64,000 bases of DNA from Yuukianura sp. NJ FZ-2021 (taxonomy: Eukaryota), in the NCBI GenBank assembly GCA_046563655.1, contig CM102286.1, forward strand, positions 9,300,001 to 9,364,000, written 5' to 3'. Shown piece by piece: positions 10,713 through 24,000 of this stretch. The notes beneath the pieces were generated by a model. It did not search any database. It was not told where the DNA came from and was given only the letters and a program-made list of their open reading frames with translations. Numbering within the stretch: position 1 is the stretch's first letter; every line of letters starts with the position of its first letter. The translations under genes and the position numbers were made by a program.

Positions 10713-13700
10713 TTTTTTCTTGTAATTACCAACGACCTTTGGATCAAGACTGGCTTCGAATTTAAAAATCAAACACAAGTATTTCCCCTGAAATAAATAT
10801 TTTCTTCAGCTGTTGCTACAGGGGTGGTGCATTGCGATGAAGCTTGTTAAATCAGAAGAATTTTTATCGTAATTAGCAACGGGTTCTTCAATATCGGACA
10901 TAGTTCAAAAAGTTCAAACAGAAACAGTTGCTCTCAAAACGATGAGATAATTTTTGTTCACTGTGAGGGGGTTGTGGATTCGGATGAACCTTGAAGGTTA
11001 GTCCATAAAATTTTTAAAAGGTTAGTGAGAAATTTAAGTTTTAATTATTTTTTCTTGTAATTACCAACGACCTTTGGATCAAGACCGGCTTCGAATTTAA
11101 AAATCAAACACAAGTATTTGCTCTGAAATAAATATTTTCTTCAGCCGTGGCTACAGGGGTGGTGAATTGCGCTGAAGCTTGGTAATTTAGAAGAATTTTT
11201 ATCGTAATTAGCAACGGGTTCTTCAATATCGGACATAGTTCAAAAAGTTCAAACAGAAACAGTTGCTCTCAAAACGATGAGATAATTTTTGTTCACTGTG
11301 AGGGGGTTGTGGATTCGGATGAACCTTGAAGGTTAGTCCATAAAATTTTTAAAAGGTTAGTGAGAAATTTAAGTTTTAATTATTTTTTCTTGTAATTACC
11401 AACGACTTTTGGATCAAGACCGGCTTCGAATTTAAAAATCAAACACAAGTATTTGCTCTGAAATAAATATTTTCTTCAGCCGTGGCTACAGGGGTGGTGA
11501 ATTGCGCTGAAGCTTGGTAATTTAGAAGAATTTTTATCGTAATTAGCAACGGGTTCTTCAATATCGGACATAGTTCAAAAAGTTCAAACAGAAACAGTTG
11601 CTCTCAAAACGATGAGATAATTTTTGTTCACTGTTAGGGGTTGTGGATTCGGATGAACCTTGAAGGTTAGTCCATAAAATTTTTAAAAGGTTAGTGAGAA
11701 ATTTAAGTTTTAATTATTTTTTCTTGTAATTACCAACGACCTTTGGATCAAGACCGGCTTCGAATTTAAAAATCAAACACAAGTATTTGCTCTGAAATAA
11801 ATATTTTCTTCAGCCGTGGCTACAGGGGGTGGTGAATTGCGCTGAAGCTTGGTAATTTAGAAGAATTTTTATCGTAATTAGCAACGGGTTCTTCAATATC
11901 GGACATAGTTCAAAAAGTTCAAACAGAAACAGTTGCTCTCAAAACGATGAGATAATTTTTGTTCACTGTGAGGGGGTCGTGGATTCGGATGAACCTTGAA
12001 GGTTAGTTCATAAAATATCTAAAAGGTTAGTGAGAAATTTAAGTTTTAATTTTTTTCTTGTAATTACCAACGACCTTTGCATCAAGACCGGCTTCGAATT
12101 TAAAAATCAAACACAAGTATTTCCCCTGAAATAAATATTTTCTTCAGCTGTTGCTACAGGGGTGGTGCATTGCGATGAAGCTTGTTAATTCAGAAGAATT
12201 TTTATCGTAATTAGCAACGGGTACTTCAATATCGGACGTAGATGAAAAAGTTTTAACAGAAATAGTTGCTCTCAAAACGATGAGATAATTTTTGTTCACT
12301 GTGAGGGGGTTGTGGATTCGGATGAACCTTGAAGGTTAGTCCATAAAATATCTAAAAGGTTAGTGAGAAATTTAAGTTTTAATTTTTTTCTTGTAATTAC
12401 CAACGACCTTTGCATCAAGACCGGCTTCGAATTTAAAAATCAAACACAAGTATTTCCCCTGAAATAAATATTTTCTTCAGCTGTTGCTACAGGGGTGGTG
12501 AATTGCGATGAAGCCTGGTAATTCAGAAGAATTTTTATCGTAAATAGCAACGCGTTCTTCAATATCGGACATAGTTCAAAAAGTTCAAACAGAAACAGTT
12601 GCTCTCACAACGATGAGATAATTTTTGTTCACTGTGAGAGGGTTGTGGATTCGGATGAACCTTGAAGGTTAGTCCATAAAATTTTTAAAAGCTTAGTGAG
12701 AAATTTAAGTTCTAATTATTTTTTCTTGTAATTACCAACGACCTTTGCATCAAGACCGGCTTCGAATTTAAAAATCAAACACAAGTATTTGCTCTGAAAT
12801 AAATATTTTCTTCAGCCGTGGCTACAGGGGGTGGTGAATTGCGCTGAAGCTTGGTAATTTAGAAAAATTTTTTGTCGTAATTAGCAACGGGTTCTTCAAT
12901 ATCGGACATAGTTCAAAAAGTTCAAACAGAAACAGTTGCTCTCAAAACGATGAGATAATTTTTGTTCACTGTGAGGGGGTTGTGGATTCGGATGAACCTT
13001 GAAGGTTAGTCCATAAAATTTTTAAAAGGTTAGTGAGAAATTTAAGTTTTAATTATTTTTTCTTGTAATTACCAACGACTTTTGGATCAAGACCGGCTTC
13101 GAATTTAAAAATCAAACACAAGTATTTGCTCTGAAATAAATATTTTCTTCAGCCGTGGCTACAGGGGGTGGTGAATTGCGCTGAAGCTTGGTAATTTAGA
13201 AGAATTTTTATCGTAATTAGCAACGGGTTCTTCAATATCGGACATAGTTCAAAAAGTTCAAACAGAAACAGTTGCTCTCAAAACGATGAGATAATTTTTG
13301 TTCACTGTTAGGGGGTTGTGGATTCGGATGAACCTTGAAGGTTAGTCCATAAAATTTTTAAAAGGTTAGTGAGAAATTTAAGTTTTAATTATTTTTCTTG
13401 TAATTACCAACGACCTTTGGATCAAGACCGGCTTCGAATTTAAAAATCAAACACAAGTATTTGCTCTGAAATAAATATTTTCTTCAGCCGTGGCTACAGG
13501 GGGTGGTGAATTGCGCTGAAGCTTGGTAATTTAGAAGAATTTTTATCGTAATTAGCAACGGGTTCTTCAATATCGGACATAGTTCAAAAAGTTCAAACAG
13601 AAACAGTTGCTCTCAAAACGATGAGATAATTTTTGTTCACTGTGAGGGGGTTGTGGATTCGGATGAACCTTGAAGGTTAGTCCATAAAATTTTTAAAAGG

Positions 13701-16700
13701 TTAGTGAGAAATTTAAGTTTTAATTATTTTTTCTTGTAATTACCAACGACTTTTGGATCAAGACCGGCTTCGAATTTAAAAATCAAACACAAGTATTTGC
13801 TCTGAAATAAATATTTTCTTCAGCCGTGGCTACAGGGGTGGTGAATTGCGCTGAAGCTTGGTAATTTAGAAGAATTTTTATCGTAATTAGCAACGGGTTC
13901 TTCAATATCGGACATAGTTCAAAAAGTTCAAACAGAAACAGTTGCTCTCAAAACGATGAGATAATTTTTGTTCACTGTTAGGGGGTTGTGGATTCGGATG
14001 AACCTTGAAGGTTAGTCCATAAAATTTTTAAAAGGTTAGTGAGAAATTTAAGTTTTAATTATTTTTTCTTGTAATTACCAACGACCTTTGGATCAAGACC
14101 GGCTTCGAATTTAAAAATCAAACACAAGTATTTGCTCTGAAATAAATATTTTCTTCAGCCGTGGCTACAGTGGGTGGTGAATTGCGCTGAAGCTTGGTAA
14201 TTTAGAAGAATTTTTATCGTAATTAGCAACGGGTTCTTCAATATCGGACATAGTTCAAAAAGTTCAAACAGAAACAGTTGCTCTCAAAACGATGAGATAA
14301 TTTTTGTTCACTGTGAGGGGGTCGTGGATTCGGATGAACCTTGAAGGTTAGTTCATAAAATATCTAAAAGGTTAGTGAGAAATTTAAGTTTTAATTTTTT
14401 CTTGTAATTACCAACGACCTTTGCATCAAGACCGGCTTCGAATTTAAAAATCAAACACAAGTATTTCCCCTGAAATAAATATTTTCTTCAGCTGTTGCTA
14501 CAGGGGGTGGTGCATTGCGATGAAGCTTGTTAATTCAGAAGAATTTTTATCGTAATTAGCAACGGGTACTTCAATATCGGACGTAGATGAAAAAGTTTTA
14601 ACAGAAATAGTTGCTCTCAAAACGATGAGATAATTTTTGTTCACTGTGAGGGGGTTGTGGATTCGGATGAACCTTGAAGGTTAGTCCATAAAATATCTAA
14701 AAGGTTAGTGAGAAATTTAAGTTTTAATTTTTTTCTTGTAATTACCAACGACCTTTGCATCAAGACCGGCTTCGAATTTAAAAATCAAACACAAGTATTT
14801 CCCCTGAAATAAATATTTTCTTCAGCTGTTGCTACAGGGGGTGGTGAATTGCGATGAAGCCTGGTAATTCAGAAGAATTTTTATCGTAAATAGCAACGCG
14901 TTCTTCAATATCGGACATAGTTCAAAAAGTTCAAACAGAAACAGTTGCTCTCACAACGATGAGATAATTTTTGTTCACTGTGAGAGGGTTGTGGATTCGG
15001 ATGAACCTTGAAGGTTAGTCCATAAAATTTTTAAAAGCTTAGTGAGAAATTTAAGTTCTAATTATTTTTTCTTGTAATTACCAACGACCTTTGCATCAAG
15101 ACCGGCTTCGAATTTAAAAATCAAACACAAGTATTTGCTCTGAAATAAATATTTTCTTCAGCTGTCGCTACAGGGGGTGGTGCAATGCGATGAAGCTTGA
15201 TAGTTTAGTAGAATTTTTTTCGTAATTAGCAACGGGTTCTTCAATATCGGACATAGTTCAAAAAGTTCAAACAGAAACAGTTGCTCTCAAAACGATGAGA
15301 TAATTTTTGTTCACTGTGAGGGGGTCGTGGATTCGGATGAACCTTGAAGGTTAGTCCATAAAATATCTAAAAGGTTAGTGAGAAATTTAAGTTTTAATTT
15401 TTTTTCTTGTAATTACCAACGACCTTTGCATCAAGACCGGCTTCGAATTTAAAAATCAAACACAAGTATTTCCCCTGAAATAAATATTTTCTTCAGCTGT
15501 TGCTACAGGGGTGGTGCATTGCGATGAAGCTTGTTAATTCAGAAGAATTTTTATCGTAATTAGCAAAGGGTACTTCAATATCGGACGTAGATGAAAAAGT
15601 TTTAACAGAAATAGTTGCTCTCAAAACGATGAGATAATTTTTGTTCACTGTGAGGGGGTTGTGGATTCGGATGAACCTTGAAGGTTAGTCCATAAAATAT
15701 CTAAAAGGTTAGTGAGAAATTTAAGTTTTAATTTTTTTCTTGTAATTACCAACGACCTTTGCATCAAGACCGGCTTCGAATTTAAAAATCAAACACAAGT
15801 ATTTCCCCTGAAATAAATATTTTCTTCAGCTGTTGCTACAGGGGGTGGTGAATTGCGATGAAGCCTGGTAATTCAGAAGAATTTTTATCGTAAATAGCAA
15901 CGCGTTCTTCAATATCGGACATAGTTCAAAAAGTTCAAACAGAAACAGTTGCTCTCACAACGATGAGATAATTTTTGTTCACTGTGAGAGGGTTGTGGAT
16001 TCGGATGAACCTTGAAGGTTAGTCCATAAAATTTTTAAAAGCTTAGTGAGAAATTTAAGTTCTAATTATTTTTTCTTGTAATTACCAACGACCTTTGGAT
16101 CAAGACCGGCTTCGAATTTAAAAATCAAACACAAGTATTTGCTCTGAAATAAATATTTTCTTCAGCCGTGGCTACAGGGGGTGGTGAATTGCGCTGAAGC
16201 TTGGTAATTTATAAGAATTTTTATCGTAATTAGCAACGGGTTCTTCAATATCGGACATAGTTCAAAAAGTTCAAACAGAAACAGTTGCTCTCAAAACGAT
16301 GAGATAATTTTTGTTCACTGTGAGGGGGTCGTGGATTCGGATGAACCTTGAAGGTTAGTCCATAAAATATCTAAAAGGTTAGTGAGAAATTTAAGTTTTA
16401 ATTTTTTTTCTTGTAATTACCAACGACCTTTGCATCAAGACCGGCTTCGAATTTAAAAATCAAACACAAGTATTTCCCCTGAAATAAATATTTTCTTCAG
16501 CTGTTGCTACAGGGGGTGGTGCATTGCGATGAAGCTTGTTAATTTAGAAGAATTTTTATCGTAATTAGCAACGGGTACTTCAATATCGGACGTAGATGAA
16601 AAAGTTTTAACAGAAATAGTTGCTCTCAAAACGATGAGATAATTTTTGTTCACTGTGAGGGGGTTGTGGATTCGGATGAACCTTGAAGGTTAGTCCATAA

Positions 16701-17073
16701 AATATCTAAAAGGTTAGTGAGAAATTTAAGTTTTAATTTTTTTTCTTGTAATTACCAACGACCTTTGCATCAAGACCGGCTTCGAATTTAAAAATCAAAC
16801 ACAAGTATTTCCCCTAAAATAAATATTTTCTTCAGCTGTTGCTACAGGGGTGGTGCATTGCGATGAAGCTTGTTAATTTAGAAGAATTTTTATCGTAATT
16901 AGCAACGGGTACTTCAATATCGGACGTAGATGAAAAAGTTTTAACAGAAATAGTTGCTCTCAAAACGATGAGATACTTTTTGTTCACTGTGAGGGGGTTG
17001 TGGATTCGGATGAACCTTGAAGGTTAGTCCATAAAATTTTTAAAAGGTTAGTGAGAAATTTAAGTTTTAATTA
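10713..17073. repeat. Satellite B block (~19 monomers)
   Basis: Continuous 334-337-bp tandem repeat; variants carry TTCGGATGAACC and GTTCACTGTG. Confidence 0.97.
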
Positions 17074-18292
17074 TTATAATAGCGAAGCTATTATTATAGA
17101 AGACGTCTGTGTCCGTCCGTCCGTCCGTCCGTCCGTCCGTCCGTCTGCCTGTCCGGATTAATTATCTCAGAACCTACTGGTCCGATTTGATTCCGGTTTT
17201 CACCAGTGACCATGTCATGACCCGGGCTTGGTCACTATTGAATATGACCCTCGGGTGTCAACTCCTTCCGGGTCAAAGGTCAAGGTCAACCGGTTTCATC
17301 CCTGGTAACCCGGAAAATGACTTCTACAAAAGTTGTTCATCTCATTGAGACTAACAACTTTTGTGTGCAATGTGTGACCCTAGGTCACCTCCTTCCGGGT
17401 CAAAATTGATTTCAAAGGTCATTTGTAATGCAAGTGTGGGTACAAAAAACTCTGCTTGTGAGACTGGAAAGGCAATTGGCATGGGACTTGATTCTCTGCT
17501 TAGCAAAAAATCTATTACGCAGTTGACATATACACTCATCTGTCATCAGTCACCTGTCACTCTTCACATGTCACACTTCACCTGTCACTCTTCACATGTC
17601 ACACCCGTCATTAACTTCACATGTCACCTGTCACGTGGCGGGTGTCACCTGTCCCGTACCGGCGGGTGTCACCTGTCACGGTTCACCTTTCACGTGCCGG
17701 GTGTCACCTGTCACGCTTCACCTTTCACATTTCACCTGTCACCTGTCCCGTACCGGCGGGTGTCACCTGTCACGCTTCACCTTTCACGTGCCGGGTGTCA
17801 CCTGTCACGCTTCACCTTTCACATTTCACCTGTCACCTGTCCCGTACCGGCGGGTGTCACCTGTCACGCTTCACCTTTCACGTGCCGGGTGTCACCTGTC
17901 ACGCTTCACCTTTCACACTTCACCTGTCACCTGTCACGCTTCACCTTTCACACTTCACCTGTCACCTGTCACGTGCCGGGTGTCACCTGTCACGCCTCAC
18001 CTGTCACCTGGCACGTGCCGGGTGTCACCTGTCACGCCTCAGCTGTCACGTTTCACCTGTGAACATCCGCTAGGGGGGGCGAGCGGAAAAGTGGGGGGGA
18101 CACCCCCACTCCCCCCGGGGGGGGAGGAAGTGGCGGAACACACCCCCGCGCTCCCTGGGGTGCGGAGCAAAAAAGTGGGGGGAACACCCCCACTCCTGGC
18201 GGGCGGGAAAGTGGGGGGAAAACCCCCACCCCCTGGGGGGCAACCCCTTATTTCTGAGCTATTATCAGTATGCGCGGTTTACAACCGGTTTA
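17074..18292 (+). mobile_element. HINE-like element E1' (duplicate of E1)
   Basis: Near-identical to 6734-7954 at offset 10340, at the same position in the satellite monomer. Confidence 0.8.
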
Positions 18293-19525
18293 TTATAATA
18301 GCGAAGCTATTATTATAGAAGACGTCTGTCTGTCTGTCTGTCTGTCCGTCTGTCTGTCTGTCCAGATTAATTATCTCAGAAACAACTGGCCCGATTTGGT
18401 TCCGGTTTTCACCTATCAATACCCCATGACCCGCACTAGGTCACTATTGAATATGACCCCCGGGTGTCAACTCCTTCCGGGTCAAAGGTCAAGGTCAACC
18501 GGTTTCATCCCCGGTAACATGGAAAATGACCTCTACAAAAGTTGTTCACCTCATCGAGAGCAACAACTTTTGTGTGAAATGTATCACCCTAGGTGAACTC
18601 CTTCCGGGTCAAAATCGATTTAAAAGGTCATTTGTAATGCAAGTGTGGATAAAAAAAAACTCTGCTTGTGAGACTGGAAAGGCAATTGGCATGGGACTTG
18701 ATTCTCTGCTTAGCAAAAAATCCATTACGCAGTTGACTAACACACTCAACTGTCACCTGTCACACTTCATCTGTCACTTCACCTGTCACGTGCCGGGTGT
18801 CACATGTCATGCGCCGGATGCCACCTGTCACGTGCCGGGTGTCACCTGTCACGGCTGTCACGCGCCGGGTGTCACCTCTCACCTGTCACTTTCCGGGTGT
18901 CACCTCTCACCTGTCACTTTCCGGGTGTCACCTCTCACCTGTCACTTTCCGGGTGTCACCTCTCACCTGTCACTTTCCAGGTGTCACCTGTCACTTGCCG
19001 GGTGTCAGCTGTCACCTGTCACTTTCCGGGTGTCACCTGTCTCCTGTCACGTCCCGGGTATCATCTGTCACATGCCGGGTGTCACCTGTCACGTGCCGCG
19101 TGTCACCTGTCACCCTCAAGTGTCACTTGTCGGGTGTCACCTGTCACCTGTCACGCCTCAGCTGTCACGTCTCACCTGCCAACACCCCCTGGAAGGCGGG
19201 AAAGTGGAGGGAACACACCCCCACTACCCCGGGGGGGGGGCGGGAAAGTGGGGGGAACACACCCCCACTACCCCGGGGGGGCGGGAAAGTGGGGGGAACA
19301 CACCCCCACTACCCCGGGGGGGGGCGGGAAAGTGGGGGGAACACACCCCCACGCCTCCTGGGGTGCGGAGCAAAAAAGCGGGAAAACACACCCCCACTCC
19401 CCCGGCGGGGCGGGAAAGTTGGGGGAACACACCTTCGCTCACCTTTGGAGGGGGGGCTTCAGTGTGATTTACAAAACTTTCCTATTCTTCGCTATTATCA
19501 TTAAGGGCGGTTTACAACCGGTTTA
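18293..19525 (+). mobile_element. HINE-like element E2' (duplicate of E2)
   Basis: The 5' part is near-identical to E2; part of the 3' region is more like E3. Confidence 0.8.
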
Positions 19526-21067
19526 TTATAATAGCGAAGCTATTATTATAGAAGACGTCTGTCTGTCTGTCTGTCTGTCCGTCTGTCTGTCTGTCCAGAT
19601 TAATTATCTCAGAAACAACTGGCCCGATTTGGTTCCGGTTTTCACCTATCAATACCCCATGACCCGGACTAGGTCACTATTGAATATGACCCCCGGGTGT
19701 CAACTCCTTCCGGGTCAAAGGTCAAGGTCAACCGGTTTTATCCCCGGTAACATGCAAGATGGCCTCTACAAAAGTTGTTCATCTCATTGAGACCAACAAC
19801 TTTTGTGTGGAATGTGTGACCCTAGGTCACCTGTTTCCGGGTCAAAATTGATTTTAAAGGTCATTTGTAATGCAAGTGTGGGTACAAAAAACTCTGCTTG
19901 TGAGACTGGAAAGGCAATTGGCATGGGAGTTGATTCTCTGCTTAGCAAAAAATCCATTACGCAGTTGACTAACACACTCAACTGTCACCTGTCACACTTC
20001 ATCTGTCACTTCACCTGTCACGTGCCGGGTGTCACCTGTCACGGCTGTCACGCGCCGGGTGTCACCTGTCACGGCTGTCACTTGCAGGGTGTCAGTTGTC
20101 ACCTGTCACTCACGTGCCGGGTGTCACGTGTCACTTGCCGGGTGAGAGTTGTCAACTGTCACTCACGTGTCGGGTGTCACCTGTCACGTGCTGGGTGTCA
20201 GCTGTCACCTGTCACTTTCCGGGTGTCACCTCTCACCTGTCACTTTCCGGGTGTCACCTGTCACTTTCCGGGTGTTACCTCTCACCTGTCACTTTCCGGG
20301 TGTCACCTGTCACTTGCCGGGTGTCAGCTGTCACCTGTCACTTTCCGGGTGTCACCTCTCACCTGTCACTTTCCGGGTGTCACCTCTCACCTGTCATTTT
20401 CCGGGTGTCACCTGTCACTTGCCGGGTGTCAGCTGTCAACTGTCACTTTCCGGGTGTCACCTGTCACCTGTCACGTGCAGGCATCGTCTGTCACATGCCG
20501 GGTGTCACCTGTCATACCGGGTGTCACCTGTCACCTGTCACGTGCCGCGTGTCACCTGTCACCCTCAAGTGTCACTTGCCGGGTGTCACCTGTCACCTGT
20601 CACGTGCCGGTATCGTCTGTCACATGCCGGGTGTCACCTATCATACCGGGTGTCACCTGTCACCTGTCACGTGCCGCGTGTCACCTGTCACCCTCAAGTG
20701 TCACTTGCCGGGTGTCACCTGTCACTTGTCACGCCTCAGCTGTCACGTCTCACCTGCCAACACCCCCTGGAAGGCGGGAAAGTGGGGGGAGCACAACCCC
20801 ACTACCCCGGGGGGGGGGGGGGGCGGGAGAGTGGGGGGAACACACCCCCACTACCCCGGGGGGGGCGGGAAAGTGGGGGGAACACACACCCACGCCTCCT
20901 GGGGTGCGGAGCAAAAAAGCGGGAAAACACACCCCCACTCCCCCGGCGGGGCGGAAAAGTTGGGGGAACACACCCCCGCTCACCTTTGGAGGGGGGAGCT
21001 TCAGTGTGATTTACAAAACTTTCCTATTCTTCGCTATTATCATTATGGGCGGTTTACAACCGGTTTA
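19526..21067 (+). mobile_element. HINE-like element E3' (duplicate of E3)
   Basis: Same termini as E3; the arrangement of minisatellite units differs. Confidence 0.8.
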
Positions 21068-24000
21068 TTTTTTCTTGTAATTACCAACGACCTTTGGATC
21101 AAGACTGGCTTCGAATTTAAAAATCAAACACAAGTATTTCCCCTGAAATAAATATTTTCTTCAGCTGTTGCTACAGGGGGTGGTGCATTGCGATGAAGCT
21201 TGTTAAATCAGAAGAATTTTTATCGTAATTAGCAACGGGTTCTTCAATATCGGACATAGTTCAAAAAGTTCAAACAGAAACAGTTGCTCTCAAAACGATG
21301 AGATAATTTTTGTTCACTGTGAGGGGTTGTGGATTCGGATGAACCTTGAAGGTTAGTCCATAAAATTTTTAAAAGGTTAGTGAGAAATTTAAGTTTTAAT
21401 TATTTTTTCTTGTAATTACCAACGACCTTTGGATCAAGACCGGCTTCGAATTTAAAAATCAAACACAAGTATTTGCTCTGAAATTAGTATTTTCTTCAGC
21501 CGTGGCTACAGGGGTGGTGAATTGCGCTGAAGCTTGGTAATTTAGAAGAATTTTTATCGTAATTAGCAACGGGTTCTTCAATATCGGACATAGTTCAAAA
21601 AGTTCAAACAGAAACAGTTGCTCTCAAAACGATGAGATAATTTTTGTTCACTGTGAGGGGTTGTGGATTCGGATGAACCTTGAAGGTTAGTCCATAAAAT
21701 TTTTAAAAGGTTAGTGAGAAATTTAAGTTTTAATTATTTTTTCTTGTAATTACCAACGACTTTTGGATCAAGACCGGCTTCGAATTTAAAAATCAAACAC
21801 AAGTATTTGCTCTGAAATAAATATTTTCTTCAGCCGTGGCTACAGGGGGTGGTGAATTGCGCTGAAGCTTGGTAATTTAGAAGAATTTTTATCGTAATTA
21901 GCAACGGGTTCTTCAATATCGGACATAGTTCAAAAAGTTCAAACAGAAACAGTTGCTCTCAAAACGATGAGATAATTTTTGTTCACTGTTAGGGGTTGTG
22001 GATTCGGATGAACCTTGAAGGTTAGTCCATAAAATTTTTAAAAGGTTAGTGAGAAATTTAAGTTTTAATTATTTTTTCTTGTAATTACCAACGACCTTTG
22101 GATCAAGACCGGCTTCGAATTTAAAAATCAAACACAAGTATTTGCTCTGAAATAAATATTTTCTTCAGCCGTGGCTACAGGGGGTGGTGAATTGCGCTGA
22201 AGCTTGGTAATTTAGAAGAATTTTTATCGTAATTAGCAACGGGTTCTTCAATATCGGACATAGTTCAAAAAGTTCAAACAGAAACAGTTGCTCTCAAAAC
22301 GATGAGATAATTTTTGTTCACTGTGAGGGGGTCGTGGATTCGGATGAACCTTGAAGGTTAGTCCATAAAATATCTAAAAGGTTAGTGAGAAATTTAAGTT
22401 TTAATTTTTTTCTTGTAATTACCAACGACCTTTGCATCAAGACCGGCTTCGAATTTAAAAATCAAACACAAGTATTTCCCCTGAAATAAATATTTTCTTC
22501 AGCTGTTGCTACAGGGGTGGTGCATTGCGATGAAGCTTGTTAATTCAGAAGAATTTTTATCGTAATTAGCAACGGGTACTTCAATATCGGACGTAGATGA
22601 AAAAGTTTTAACAGAAATAGTTGCTCTCAAAACGATGAGATAATTTTTGTTCACTGTGAGGGGGTTGTGGATTCGGATGAACCTTGAAGGTTAGTCCATA
22701 AAATATCTAAAAGGTTAGTGAGAAATTTAAGTTTTAATTTTTTTTCTTGTAATTACCAACGACCTTTGCATCAAGACCGGCTTCGAATTTAAAAATCAAA
22801 CACAAGTATTTCCCCTGAAATAAATATTTTCTTCAGCTGTTGCTACAGGGGTGGTGAATTGCGATGAAGCCTGGTAATTCAGAAGAATTTTTATCGTAAA
22901 TAGCAACGCGTTCTTCAATATCGGACATAGTTCAAAAAGTTCAAACAGAAACAGTTGCTCTCACAACGATGAGATAATTTTTGTTCACTGTGAGAGGGTT
23001 GTGGATTCGGATGAACCTTGAAGGTTAGTCCATAAAATTTTTAAAAGCTTAGTGAGAAATTTAAGTTCTAATTATTTTTTCTTGTAATTACCAACGACAT
23101 TTGCATCAAGACCGGCTTAGAATTTAAAAATCAAACACAAGTATTTGCTCTGAAATTAGTATTTTTTCAGCTGACGCTACAAGGGGTGTTGCATTGCGAT
23201 GAAGCTTGGTAATTTAGAAGAATTTTTATCGTAATTAGCAACGGGTTCTTCAATATCGGACATAGTTCAAAAAGTTCAAACAGAAACAGTTGCTCTCAAA
23301 ACGATGAGATAATTTTTGTTCACTGTGAGGGGGTCGTGGATTCGGATGAACCTTGAAGGTTAGTCCATAAAATATCTAAAAGGTTAGTGAGAAATTTAAG
23401 TTTTAATTTTTTTCTTGTAATTACCAACGACCTTTGCATCAAGACCGGCTTCGAATTTAAAAATCAAACACAAGTATTTCCCCTGAAATAAATATTTTCT
23501 TCAGCTGTTGCTACAGGGGGTGGTGCATTGCGATGAAGCTTGTTAATTCAGAAGAATTTTTATCGTAATTAGCAAAGGGTACTTCAATATCGGACGTAGA
23601 TGAAAAAGTTTTAACAGAAATAGTTGCTCTCAAAACGATGAGATAATTTTTGTTCACTGTGAGGGGGTTGTGGATTCGGATGAACCTTGAAGGTTAGTCC
23701 ATAAAATATCTAAAAGGTTAGTGAGAAATTTAAGTTTTAATTTTTTTCTTGTAATTACCAACGACCTTTGCATCAAGACCGGCTTCGAATTTAAAAATCA
23801 AACACAAGTATTTCCCCTGAAATAAATATTTTCTTCAGCTGTTGCTACAGGGGTGGTGAATTGCGATGAAGCCTGGTAATTCAGAAGAATTTTTATCGTA
23901 AATAGCAACGCGTTCTTCAATATCGGACATAGTTCAAAAAGTTCAAACAGAAACAGTTGCTCTCACAACGATGAGATAATTTTTGTTCACTGTGAGAGGG

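Noticed and set aside
6769..21151. Long overlapping Cys/His-rich ORFs (VTCH, CHLS, SPVT repeats) resembling zinc fingers
   Set aside because: Translations of the stop-poor TGTCACC minisatellite. They are open in all three frames, and frames differ between the duplicated copies.
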